From positions 1 through 32,295 of the forward strand of contig CAZKZM010000068.1 in assembly GCA_964557305.1 (NCBI GenBank): a stretch of DNA of 32,295 nt, written 5' to 3'. Shown here one piece after another: positions 1-8,617 of the stretch. The notes below the pieces were generated by a model, which had not been told where the DNA came from, did no database searches, and saw only the letters and a program-made list of their open reading frames with translations. The position numbers were made by a program, and so were the translations under genes. Source of the stretch: an uncultured Candidatus Saccharibacteria bacterium (lineage in GTDB: Bacteria > Patescibacteriota > Minisyncoccia > Minisyncoccales > PWPS01). Each line of letters opens with the position of its first letter. Position 1 is the first letter of the stretch.

Positions 1-159
1 GCCCTAAGATTGAAAAACATAGAACGGTTAGGGCAAGTTGAGTGTGCAAAAAAAATGAAAACATCACAAAGCACTTTTCAAAGGATTCTTTCTTCTGCAC
101 ACAAAAAGACAACAGAAGCACTAATCCAAGGAAAGGCGATTAAAATAAATAAAAATTAA
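1..159 (+). CDS. C-terminal fragment of a DUF134/UPF0251-type small HTH protein (5' end outside window)
   Basis: Frame 1 is open from nt 1 to TAA at 157-159. It reads ALRLKNIERLGQVECAKKMKTSQSTFQRILSSAHKKTTEALIQGKAIKINKN. From memory this matches the DUF134 tail pattern (MGVSRxTFxRxLxxARxKVAxALxxGKAIxI). Confidence 0.55.
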   Translation, partial: ALRLKNIERLGQVECAKKMKTSQSTFQRILSSAHKKTTEALIQGKAIKINKN

Positions 160-215
160 AAACTTGCCTTTTGTTATTTTTTAAGATATTATGAATTTAG
201 TTTTAATTTTAAAAA

Positions 216-818
216 ATGATTTACGATATTACACAAGAAGAAGTAGATAGAATTTTAAATGAAAAGGGAGACGTTAGAGGAGTTGTTTTTAAAACGGACT
301 ACTTGTTTGTTTTGAATAGATTTGGAGAAGAAGGAGTTAAAAAAGTAGAAGAAGAGATGAAGAGGATGGGGTGTCCGTTTGATTATGAAAAACAAGCGAT
401 TAATATGAGTTTTTATCCTATCGGGATGAGAGTTATCTCGCTTATCGCGATAAGTAATGTTTTTAATTTTGGTAAAGAAGAGGTTGTTGAGATGGGGAGG
501 ACTGCTCCAAAATTTTCAATGATAGTAAAGTTTTTTATAGGATACTTTCTTTCCATTGAAAGTGTTTTTGAGAAAGCAGGGAGTATGTGGGAGAAACACT
601 ACACTGCGGGTTATCTTGAATCAGCAGAAATTAATGAAAAAGAACAGTATGTGATAATAAGGGTTCACGAAACCAATCTTCACCCTATTTTTTGTGATTA
701 TCTTTGCGGGTACTTCTCCTCAATTGTTAAAATGGCAACAGGAAAAGATATTCAAGCAGAAGAAAAAAAGTGCACTCACAAAGGAGATGATTATCATGAA
801 ATTATTTTAAAATGGTAG
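216..818 (+). CDS. V4R/DUF2378-like small-ligand-binding protein
   Basis: 200-aa ORF. The C-terminal pattern FCDYLCGYFSSIVKMATGKDIQAEEKKCTHKGDDYH fits the V4R signature C-x4-G...G...E-x2-C-x3-G. The stop overlaps the start of the next ORF (ATGGTAG). Confidence 0.5.
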   Translation: MIYDITQEEVDRILNEKGDVRGVVFKTDYLFVLNRFGEEGVKKVEEEMKRMGCPFDYEKQAINMSFYPIGMRVISLIAISNVFNFGKEEVVEMGRTAPKFSMIVKFFIGYFLSIESVFEKAGSMWEKHYTAGYLESAEINEKEQYVIIRVHETNLHPIFCDYLCGYFSSIVKMATGKDIQAEEKKCTHKGDDYHEIILKW

Positions 819-1372
819 ATGAAAAACAAAAAATAGAAACTCTTTTGCAGGATATGCAGTCACTTGAAGGATACATAAAGGATCTTTTTTCTTTTACACC
901 TACTCCTCTTTGTTTTGTAAGTCCGATAGGAGTTATTTTAGAAGTTAATCCTGCTTTTTCAAAGATTGTGAAATGCGAAGAAAACGAACCAATTGGTGAC
1001 AACCTATCTATTTTTGTTGATGAAAATTATCTGAAAGGTTTTTTAGAAAGAGCTATTAATGGAGAAGTAATTAACGGAGAAGAAACAGTCATTAAAAATA
1101 AAAAAGAAGAAGAGGTTCCGGTTCTTATCTTCGCAAAAGCAAGAAAAACTGAAGATCAAGAGATGGTAAACGGAGTTTTTATCTCTTTTTTTGACTTAAC
1201 AGAGATAAAAAAGAAAGAAGAAGAGGCCGAAAAAAGCAAAAAGAAACTTGAAGAAAAAGTAGAAGAGATGGAAAAATTTAACAAACTTGTTGTTGGAAGA
1301 GAGATAAAAATGACGGAACTCAAAGAAAGAATAAGAGAACTTGAAGAAAAAATTGGAAAGATGAGGCAGTAA
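812..1372 (+). CDS. PAS-domain protein with C-terminal coiled-coil GRE-motif tail and no output domain
   Basis: 186 aa. PAS-like core (PLCFVSPIGVILEVNPAFSKIVKCEENEPIG...GVFISFFDLTEIKKKEEE). The tail is EKFNKLVVGREIKMTELKERIRELEEKI. It is translationally coupled to 216-818. Confidence 0.75.
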   Translation: MVDEKQKIETLLQDMQSLEGYIKDLFSFTPTPLCFVSPIGVILEVNPAFSKIVKCEENEPIGDNLSIFVDENYLKGFLERAINGEVINGEETVIKNKKEEEVPVLIFAKARKTEDQEMVNGVFISFFDLTEIKKKEEEAEKSKKKLEEKVEEMEKFNKLVVGREIKMTELKERIRELEEKIGKMRQ

Positions 1373-1948
1373 AAATAAAAAGCAGAGGCCGGGTTCTCTG
1401 CTTTTTTTTGTTTGTTTTTGCCAATCTTTCCTGAAGATGCTCATAAAGATCTCATCAACATACTGTCCCTCCTTGAAGAAACTTTCTTTAAAGACACCTT
1501 CAACTTGAAATCCACACTTCTGATAGCACTTCTTTGCCCTTTCGTTGAAAGCGAGAACAGACAAAGTAATTTTTCTGAGATTAAGCGAAAGAAAAGCGTA
1601 CTCAGTAATTTTTTTTATCGCTTCCGTTCCGTACCCGTTTCCGCGATATTTTCTTTCGCCGATGAAGATTCCAAGGTTTGCTTTTCTTGCAACGAAGTTT
1701 ATCTGGTGAAGACCGATGTTTCCGATAAGAACTTTTTCCTCTGATGATTCTATCCCAAGAACAACATCAGAGGATTTTCTTTTTCCAAGATCTTCAACCC
1801 AACTCTCTTCGTCTAAAGTGTTCATCGGAAGATAAAGAGAGAGGTATCTTGTTGTTCTTTCGTCGTTTGTCCACTCAACGAGTTTCGGAACATCACTCTT
1901 CTCAAGAGGCCTCAGATTGATTTTATCGCCTTTCCTAAAGATTGTCAT
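1196..1948 (-). CDS. GNAT family N-acetyltransferase (RimJ/RimL-like) with an anomalous 73-codon read-through tail
   Basis: The first 177 aa or so look like a complete GNAT domain (IGNIGLHQINFVARKANLGIFIGERKYRGNGYGTEA...AFNERAKKCYQKCGF). No stop follows the domain, and the ORF runs through the terminator hairpin into the antisense of 812-1372. Confidence 0.75.
   Translation of the reverse strand: MTIFRKGDKINLRPLEKSDVPKLVEWTNDERTTRYLSLYLPMNTLDEESWVEDLGKRKSSDVVLGIESSEEKVLIGNIGLHQINFVARKANLGIFIGERKYRGNGYGTEAIKKITEYAFLSLNLRKITLSVLAFNERAKKCYQKCGFQVEGVFKESFFKEGQYVDEIFMSIFRKDWQKQTKKSREPGLCFLFLLPHLSNFFFKFSYSFFEFRHFYLSSNNKFVKFFHLFYFFFKFLFAFFGLFFFLFYLC
1381..1409. terminator. Bidirectional rho-independent terminator
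   Basis: Stem agcagag / ctctgct with loop gccgggtt, an A-run upstream and T8 downstream. It lies directly after the TAA at 1370-1372. Confidence 0.7.
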
Positions 1949-2338
1949 AGCAAATTCTCCTTGCTTTATGGTTTAAAGAGCTTTGCTAAACAAAAACCCG
2001 GCTTCTGTTTAGCCGGAGAATTACATTTTTTATTTTTAGATTTCGTTTTAATATAACACTTCGGCAAAACACAAATAATTAAAAGCTGATGCGTTGACAG
2101 GAATGTAAAAATTTCCTGATGTACTCATCAAGCACTTATCTGTGTTCATAAGTTGTGCTATATTAAAATTAAACATAACTTATTATAACAAGCAAAAAAA
2201 TAATGTCAATACCATCCCTGTTAGTTGTCATATTTTTGACATTGTTCGGGTTTTGTTGTATATTTAAGGTCATGGGATAAGTCACTGCTCGCAAGAGGAT
2301 GTATCTGGCGAGCTTTTTATTTGAATAACAATAATTAT

Positions 2339-3529
2339 ATGTATAAAAAACAAAAAAGATCTTTTGGGAAAAAAAGATCATTTCGTAAAAAAGAACAAGG
2401 AAGTAATGAGAGAAAACCAAAAAGTTTTTCAAAATATATAAAGTCGTCAAGATTTGTTAACAAATCAGAAAAAAATAAAAGTGTTTATGTTTCAAAAAAC
2501 AAATTCACTGACTTTGATATTGATAAAAAATTAAAAGAAAATATTATCAAAAAAGGATACAAGATTCCGACAGAGATTCAAGATAAAACAATTCCCCTTA
2601 TTTTACAAGGGAAAGATGTCATCGGGGTTGCGAACACTGGAACCGGAAAAACTGGTGCTTTTCTACTTCCTTTAATAGATAAAACATTTAAAGACAAAAA
2701 ACAGAAAGTTTTTATAGTCACTCCAACAAGAGAACTTGCTTTTCAGATAAACGAGGAACTTTTTTCTTTGACAAAAAATATGAATATCCGTTCAGTGGTT
2801 TGTATTGGTGGATCAAATATGTTTAACCAGATTAAGAAGATAAAAGAAAATCCAAACTTTGTTATCGGAACTCCGGGGCGCTTAAAAGATCTTGTGATAA
2901 GAAAAAAGTTATCTATTAAAACATTTTCAAATGTTGTTATTGATGAAGCAGACAGAATGCTTGATATGGGATTTTTAGATGATGTTCGTTTTTTGACCAA
3001 TGAGCTTTGTGATGTTCGTCAATCGCTGTTGTTTTCTGCAACCATCTCTCCTGAGATTGAAAAAGTAATAAACGGTTTTTCAAAAAATCCAACAAAGATT
3101 TCTGTGAAAACAAGAGAAACCGCAGAAAATGTAGATCAAGATGTTGTTCACACAAATAACAGTAAAGAAAAAATAGAAAAGCTTTGCGAATTTTTGAAAA
3201 ATAAAAAAGAGTTTAAAAAAGTTCTTATTTTTGGAAAAACAAGAAGAGGAGTTGAAAATCTTTCAAAAGATCTCAATAAAAAAGGATTTACAGCAGTTTC
3301 TATTCACGGAGATAAAACACAAGGGAAAAGGCAACAAGCACTTAGTTTGTTCAAGAAAGGAGAGGTTCAGTCCCTTGTTGCGACTGATGTTGCTGCTCGT
3401 GGGTTGGATATTGTTGATGTCACCCATGTTATTAACTTTGATGTTCCTGCCACATATGATGACTACATCCACAGAATTGGAAGAACAGGAAGGGCAGACA
3501 AGACAGGAATTGCTCTTACTTTTGTATAA
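2339..3529 (+). CDS. DEAD-box ATP-dependent RNA helicase with a Lys-rich N-terminal extension
   Basis: Motifs ANTGTGKTGAF, PTRELA, IDEADRMLDMGF, SAT and HRIGRTGRA. ATG at 2339 is preferred over the in-frame TTG at 2321 used by the ORF track. Confidence 0.95.
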   Translation: MYKKQKRSFGKKRSFRKKEQGSNERKPKSFSKYIKSSRFVNKSEKNKSVYVSKNKFTDFDIDKKLKENIIKKGYKIPTEIQDKTIPLILQGKDVIGVANTGTGKTGAFLLPLIDKTFKDKKQKVFIVTPTRELAFQINEELFSLTKNMNIRSVVCIGGSNMFNQIKKIKENPNFVIGTPGRLKDLVIRKKLSIKTFSNVVIDEADRMLDMGFLDDVRFLTNELCDVRQSLLFSATISPEIEKVINGFSKNPTKISVKTRETAENVDQDVVHTNNSKEKIEKLCEFLKNKKEFKKVLIFGKTRRGVENLSKDLNKKGFTAVSIHGDKTQGKRQQALSLFKKGEVQSLVATDVAARGLDIVDVTHVINFDVPATYDDYIHRIGRTGRADKTGIALTFV

Positions 3530-3595
3530 AAAACAAAATTGCTTTTTTGTGTTTTGTGATATAATAAGTTATTCTTAAAAGTAATAAATTAAAAA

Positions 3596-4126
3596 ATGAG
3601 AAAGAAAACTTTTTTATTAAAAACTTTACTTTTCTGTTTTTTGTTTGTTTCGTTTTTTTCTTTTGTTAATGCTGACTTTCAAACACTTCAAAATTTAAAG
3701 ATTGAAAGAGAAAGAATAAAAACAATAAAAGAATCAGTTGATTATCTTATAAGGTTTTCAGAAGAAGAAAGAAATGATCAAGATATAACTGAAACATTAA
3801 AAGATATAAAAATTGTCACTAAAAGCATTGAACAAGAAGTTGAAGAAAAAATAGAAGCTGAAACAAGAGAGATAGTAGAGTGTTTAAGCCGAGAAGAGCT
3901 TGTAATTTATGGTTTTAAAGGATGCGCTGGTTGTGATGAACTTATGGATCAGTTTGGTGATTATGACTTTTTAGACCTTATTTATGTAGAGTGCTCAGAT
4001 GAAGTAGGGCGGTGTTTAAGCGAAATGAAAGATCCCTATGTTCCAGAAATACAGATAAAACAAGAGGCCTATCAAGGAGTCAATACTATTTATTTTTTAG
4101 GAAAAGCAACGGGGTGCATTTTTTAA
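3596..4126 (+). CDS. Secreted thioredoxin-like oxidoreductase (VKOR-associated Trx-like type)
   Basis: Signal peptide (LLFCFLFVSFFSFVNA/D) and a coiled linker. The C-terminal domain is CAGC...YVEC...RC...YVPEIQI...GC, paralogous to 11302-11730. Confidence 0.6.
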   Translation: MRKKTFLLKTLLFCFLFVSFFSFVNADFQTLQNLKIERERIKTIKESVDYLIRFSEEERNDQDITETLKDIKIVTKSIEQEVEEKIEAETREIVECLSREELVIYGFKGCAGCDELMDQFGDYDFLDLIYVECSDEVGRCLSEMKDPYVPEIQIKQEAYQGVNTIYFLGKATGCIF

Positions 4127-4140
4127 GTTAATAATAAAAT

Positions 4141-5904
4141 ATGATTGATCAGATTATTATTAGTGTAGTTATTATTGCAACACTTGTTTTTTTCATAACA
4201 GGAAAGTGGAGATATGATATTGTTGCTTTGCTTTCTCTTTTTACAGTTGCTTTTTTGGGCTTAATCCCATTAGATGAAATTTTTTTGGGATTTGTTGATC
4301 CAGTAGTAATACTTGTTGTTGCAATGTTGATAATAAGTAGTGCTCTTATTTCTTCTGGCGCGATTGATTTTATTGCTAAAAATCTCAAATTTGCAGGGAC
4401 AAGCCCTATTCTTCAACTACTTGTTCTTACAACCTTTACTGCGATTCTTTCAGCTTTTATAAACAGTATGGGAGCGTTGGCTTTTGTTATTCCGATTGCG
4501 GTGAAGATGGCAAAACAAAGCAACACCTCTCTTTCTTTGTTTTTGATGCCACTCGCTTTTGCTTCTCACTTTGGAGGAGGAGTAACTCTTATCGGATCAG
4601 TTTCTAATATTATTATTTCTGAATTCAGAGCAGGGGAGATTGCCCCTTTTAATTTTTTTGATTTTGCATCAGTAGCACTTCCAATCGCTTTAATAAGTAT
4701 TATTTTTGTTGCTCTTATTGGTTGGCGGTTAATTCCAAAAAGAGAAGGAGCTCTTTCTCAAGAAGAAGCACTTGGAGGATATATAACTGAAGTAAAAGTT
4801 GCTGAAAACTCTCCCGTAATTGGGAAAACAATTGAAGAGTTTTACGCTTTTTGTAAAGAGTATTTTGGTGTTTTTGCGTTAATAAGAAGTGGTAGTTTTA
4901 TGCCAGACCCGTCTCCTTTTACTGTTCTTAAAGAGGGAGATGTTTTGGCATTAGAAATTGATTCGGGTGCTCTTGAATCAATATCTGTCACAGCAAATAT
5001 GGAGCTTCTTCACAAAAAGCCGATTAAAGACAGTGAAGATTATCTTAAAAATCTTGAAATAACAGAAGTTGTTGTTTCAAAAAACTCTCCACTTATTGGA
5101 GAAACAGCAAAAGATTATAACTTAAGAGATAGTTATCGGGTAAACTTGCTTGCTCTTCGTCGTTCGGATTTGAAAATAAGAGAGCGGATTGGTGATGTTC
5201 AGTTTCGTTCTGGAGATGTTCTTATAATTCAAGGACATCCTCAAAGGATAGGCAAATTTATAAAAAGATTTGAGCTTCTTTTGCTAAAAGAAAGAAACTT
5301 TAATTTTGAAGGAAAAAAAGAATCAGCAATCGCTGCTTCTTTAATATTTTTAGGGGCAATTTTGATTTCAGTTTTTAGTACCGTACCAATACATATTATT
5401 TTTGCGGGAGCAGCATTGGCGATGATCACTATCGGGCTTATATCTCCATTAAAAATGTATAAGTCGGTTGACTTTTCAATGATTGTTCTTATTGCAGTTA
5501 TGATTCAGTTAGGAAAGATTTTTTATGAGACAGGGGCGGCCTCGTCTTTAGCGTCTTTGTTCTTTTTGGGGGATTTAGCTTCTCCAGAAGTTGCACTGGC
5601 AATTATTCTTTTGGTGAGTATTCTTTTTTCTGATATTCTTAGTAATGTGACGGTTGCAATTCTTCTTGCTCCAGTTGCTCTTTCTGTTGCAAACAGCTTT
5701 GGAGTATCTCCTGATCCTTTTTTTATTGCAGTTGCAATCGGATCAGGGTCATCTTATCTTACTCCGATCGGACACCAGTCAAATATTTTTGTAATGGGAG
5801 TGGGAGGATATAAGTTTAAAGATTACTGGAGGTTAGGGCTTCCGTTAGAAATAATCACCTTTGTTGTTGGCTTTTTCCTTATTCTTCATTTTTGGCAGTT
5901 TTAA
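4141..5904 (+). CDS. SLC13/DASS-type permease with two central TrkA-C (RCK_C) domains
   Basis: 587 aa with multi-TM N- and C-terminal halves. There are two internal soluble repeats: ITEVKVAENSPVIGKTIEEF and ITEVVVSKNSPLIGETAKDYNLRDSYRVNLLALRR. Confidence 0.8.
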   Translation: MIDQIIISVVIIATLVFFITGKWRYDIVALLSLFTVAFLGLIPLDEIFLGFVDPVVILVVAMLIISSALISSGAIDFIAKNLKFAGTSPILQLLVLTTFTAILSAFINSMGALAFVIPIAVKMAKQSNTSLSLFLMPLAFASHFGGGVTLIGSVSNIIISEFRAGEIAPFNFFDFASVALPIALISIIFVALIGWRLIPKREGALSQEEALGGYITEVKVAENSPVIGKTIEEFYAFCKEYFGVFALIRSGSFMPDPSPFTVLKEGDVLALEIDSGALESISVTANMELLHKKPIKDSEDYLKNLEITEVVVSKNSPLIGETAKDYNLRDSYRVNLLALRRSDLKIRERIGDVQFRSGDVLIIQGHPQRIGKFIKRFELLLLKERNFNFEGKKESAIAASLIFLGAILISVFSTVPIHIIFAGAALAMITIGLISPLKMYKSVDFSMIVLIAVMIQLGKIFYETGAASSLASLFFLGDLASPEVALAIILLVSILFSDILSNVTVAILLAPVALSVANSFGVSPDPFFIAVAIGSGSSYLTPIGHQSNIFVMGVGGYKFKDYWRLGLPLEIITFVVGFFLILHFWQF

Positions 5905-5906
5905 TT

Positions 5907-6527
5907 ATGTTTTTCAAAAAAAGTATTATAAAAATAAGAGATGTTGAGTTCCAAGAACCAAATGCTATTGATAAAGCGTTAGACAGATTTTTTCTATTTG
6001 CACTTCCAAAGTTTGTCACTCCTAATCATCTTACAATTCTTAGATACATCACTGTTCCAATTGTTTTCTTTCTTCTACTTTATCAGTACTACTTCTGGGG
6101 CTTGCTTCTTTTTGTATTTTCAGCGTTTACTGACGCCCTTGATGGTGCATTAGCAAGAACAAGAAGAAAGATAACGAACTGGGGAAAGATTAATGATCCG
6201 TTAGCAGACAAACTTTTAATAGGATTTTCAGGATTAGTTATTGTCAGTAAGTATATAGGATTAGAAATTATTACAGTAATTATTGTTCTTGAGTTGTTAA
6301 CAATTGTTGCTGCTTTGATTTTTTATGAAAAGAAAGAAAACACAGGAGCAAAACTTCCAGGAAAGATAAAGATGGTTTTTCAGTCATTGGGAGTGGGATT
6401 TCTTCTTGTTTATGCTGTTCAGGGCGTTCCAGCTATCTTATTAACAGCTACCATTTTTTTATACATATCAATATTTTTTAGTATATTTAATCTCTTGTTT
6501 TGTTTGTTTATTTCAAAGTCAATATAA
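5907..6527 (+). CDS. CDP-alcohol phosphatidyltransferase family protein
   Basis: Perfect D-x2-DG-x2-AR-x8-G-x3-D-x3-D motif (DALDGALARTRRKITNWGKINDPLAD) in a polytopic membrane protein. ATG at 5907 is preferred over TTG at 5892. Confidence 0.9.
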   Translation: MFFKKSIIKIRDVEFQEPNAIDKALDRFFLFALPKFVTPNHLTILRYITVPIVFFLLLYQYYFWGLLLFVFSAFTDALDGALARTRRKITNWGKINDPLADKLLIGFSGLVIVSKYIGLEIITVIIVLELLTIVAALIFYEKKENTGAKLPGKIKMVFQSLGVGFLLVYAVQGVPAILLTATIFLYISIFFSIFNLLFCLFISKSI

Positions 6528-6566
6528 AAAATGCCACAAGTATTAACTTGTGGCATTTTGTTTTTC
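6525..6566. terminator. Bidirectional terminator between convergent genes
   Basis: 11-bp stem atgccacaagt / acttgtggcat (6531-6541 and 6546-6556), loop atta, flanked by A6 and a T-rich run. Confidence 0.8.
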
Positions 6567-6574
6567 TATCTTTA

Positions 6575-7567
6575 CTATTTTTCTTTGTATCTTTCTATCT
6601 CTTCTTTTAGATTTCTAATCTCTTCTTTTAACTCTATCATTCTGTTTTCTCTTCCCATCGTTAGGCGGTGGAACTTTTCAAGCTCAGTCACTCTGTTTTG
6701 CAACTCTTTTGTCCTTTCTTGAATCTTTCCCTCCAATCCTTTATTTAACTCTTCAAGTTCTTTTGTTCTTTCTTGGACTTTTATTTCAAGGGATTTTTTT
6801 GTTTCTTGAAGTTCAGATTCTGACTTTTTAAGAACTTTGTTCTGCTCTTTAACACGAGTATAGTTGCTTTTAAGATCTCCCGCCAACTTGTTTAAGGTTT
6901 TTGCTAAGGTTCCTATCTCATCTTTTGTTGGAACTTCAATCCGATGATCAAGATCTCCCTTTCCCATAATCTCAGCACCATCAGACACCTTCTTTAAAGG
7001 ATTAAGAACAATAATTTTTATAATCCAAAAAGAAGCGAAGATGTCCCCAAAAAGAAGTAGTGCTCCAAGAATCCATATTAGTTTAATCTGGACATCTAAA
7101 AACTCTTGATACTTTTTGTCAGAAAGATAAAACTTTACCTCTCCTAATCTTCTTGGTTCTTGGTCAATTGGTTTGTAGATAACAGTGGAAGTAAAAACAT
7201 CACCGCACTTAGTGCAATTGGAGATGTCTTCTCTTTTTTCTTCATCTACTGTGTCAGAAACATAATCAGCAACAATTTTATCTTTGTGATAAATTTCTAT
7301 TGCCAGTATCTGATCAGAATCTTGCCTTCCGACATAATTAACAGAAAGCTGAAGTGCTGGATAGTTGTATGAAAGAAGATCTTCAATGCAAAAATCAGAA
7401 AGCGCAGCTGCCATTGAGTTTCCGTATGTTTCTACTTGACTTTGGATTATGTCTCCAGTTTGACTGATCTGAAGATATAAAGCAATGACAAGAAAAAATA
7501 AAACTTCTATTCCAACCGCTCCAAGCAGTTTCACCTTCAATGAAAAAGGCTTTTTTAATGGTTTCAT
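6575..7567 (-). CDS. Membrane sensor: TM, extracytoplasmic domain, TM, HAMP, then coiled-coil GRE-motif tail with no output domain
   Basis: 330 aa. HAMP segment NPLKKVSDGAEIMGKGDLDHRIEVPTKDEIGTLAKTLNKLAGDL. Duplicated V/I-QERTKEL heptads are followed by LEKFHRLTMGRENRMIELKEEIRNLKEEI at the C-terminus. Confidence 0.8.
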   Translation of the reverse strand: MKPLKKPFSLKVKLLGAVGIEVLFFLVIALYLQISQTGDIIQSQVETYGNSMAAALSDFCIEDLLSYNYPALQLSVNYVGRQDSDQILAIEIYHKDKIVADYVSDTVDEEKREDISNCTKCGDVFTSTVIYKPIDQEPRRLGEVKFYLSDKKYQEFLDVQIKLIWILGALLLFGDIFASFWIIKIIVLNPLKKVSDGAEIMGKGDLDHRIEVPTKDEIGTLAKTLNKLAGDLKSNYTRVKEQNKVLKKSESELQETKKSLEIKVQERTKELEELNKGLEGKIQERTKELQNRVTELEKFHRLTMGRENRMIELKEEIRNLKEEIERYKEK

Positions 7568-7579
7568 TTTTCTTTTTTA

Positions 7580-8617
7580 TTACTTTCCCCAAGCGTCAAG
7601 ATCGTAAAAAACTTCTCCGTGAACACGATCAATTGCTTCTTTTACTGGGAGATAATCTTCAATGCTAACTGCAACGAATTTGTTATAGCCAGCATCAACT
7701 CTTTCGTGAATAAGAGGATCAACTTCGTAAGAAGCAAGAATAGCACTTCTTACCTCTTCTATCTGTTCATCAGAAAGTACGCTTCTGTTAGCTAAAATTG
7801 GAAACTCTGGAACAGGGGCATGACGCCAGATTGATCTTATCTCAGCTCCGTCTTCAACAAACTTTCCCATTGTTTGTTCGTTAACAAAAGCAGCGTCAAC
7901 ATTACCTCTTATGAGGTTTTCTAATGCTTTGTCATGAGATCCAAGATAATTTAATCCACCATCTGCAAAAAAGGTTGTAGCGTCTATTCCTTCTTCAAGA
8001 AGCATTCCTTCCGGCATCAAACCTCCTGATGTTGAAGAGATACTTGTTCCGGCAACTTTTTTTCCTTCAAGATCCCAAACACTTTGATATGGTGAATTTT
8101 CAAGAACAACAAGATCTCCTTGGTATGTTGGAGATCCGGTGTATCTTTCTCCACAAGCGATAACTTCCATATCATCTTCAATATTACCGTAGGCCTGTAT
8201 TGTAGTGACAGGAGCTAAAAAAACGAGCCCAACCTCTCCTTCTACAAAATCTTTTACTACTGCGGTGTATCCTCCAAGTTCACCTTCAGTAGGGTAGAAC
8301 TTCATCTCTATATTAAGATCAGTGGATTCGTTCAGGTAATTTTCAAGAGCCCCAAAGCGATTAAGCATTTCAGATGGGTTTTGAAGAGGGAGAACACCCA
8401 TATAGACTACTTCCTCTTCTTCGTCTTCTCCTTCTTCTTCAGCTGGGGTAATAGGTGCTATTGGCTTGACTGGCTCTTCTTTAACAACAAAAAAGACCAA
8501 AGCTGCGATCAAAATTATAATCGCTAAAACAACAACCCCTCCGAGAATAAACTTTTTGGGATCTTGCTTTGACTCTTCTTCATATTCGTAATTATTAATT
8601 GTGTTTTCTTCTTCCAT
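7580..8617 (-). CDS. Membrane-anchored PhnD-like (phosphonate-type) substrate-binding protein
   Basis: N-terminal TM anchor, acidic linker (EEEGEDEEEE), then a PhnD/PF12974-like fold (YMGVLPLQNPSEMLNRFGALENYL...GEVGLVFLAPV). It ends 12 nt upstream of the HAMP sensor gene. No ABC permease or ATPase genes are nearby. Confidence 0.7.
   Translation of the reverse strand: MEEENTINNYEYEEESKQDPKKFILGGVVVLAIIILIAALVFFVVKEEPVKPIAPITPAEEEGEDEEEEVVYMGVLPLQNPSEMLNRFGALENYLNESTDLNIEMKFYPTEGELGGYTAVVKDFVEGEVGLVFLAPVTTIQAYGNIEDDMEVIACGERYTGSPTYQGDLVVLENSPYQSVWDLEGKKVAGTSISSTSGGLMPEGMLLEEGIDATTFFADGGLNYLGSHDKALENLIRGNVDAAFVNEQTMGKFVEDGAEIRSIWRHAPVPEFPILANRSVLSDEQIEEVRSAILASYEVDPLIHERVDAGYNKFVAVSIEDYLPVKEAIDRVHGEVFYDLDAWGK

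Noticed and set aside
1412-1744. 110-aa plus-strand ORF inside the GNAT gene
   Set aside because: It is entirely antisense to a well-supported acetyltransferase ORF. It has no recognisable motifs and a low-complexity composition, so it is a shadow ORF.
2169-2450. 93-aa minus-strand ORF overlapping the DEAD-box helicase start
   Set aside because: It has no motifs, an odd composition, and overlaps the promoter and start region of a strongly supported gene on the other strand.
6531-6722. 63-aa plus-strand ORF after the phosphatidyltransferase gene
   Set aside because: It starts inside the terminator hairpin and is antisense to the 3' end of the HAMP sensor gene. It is a low-complexity shadow ORF.
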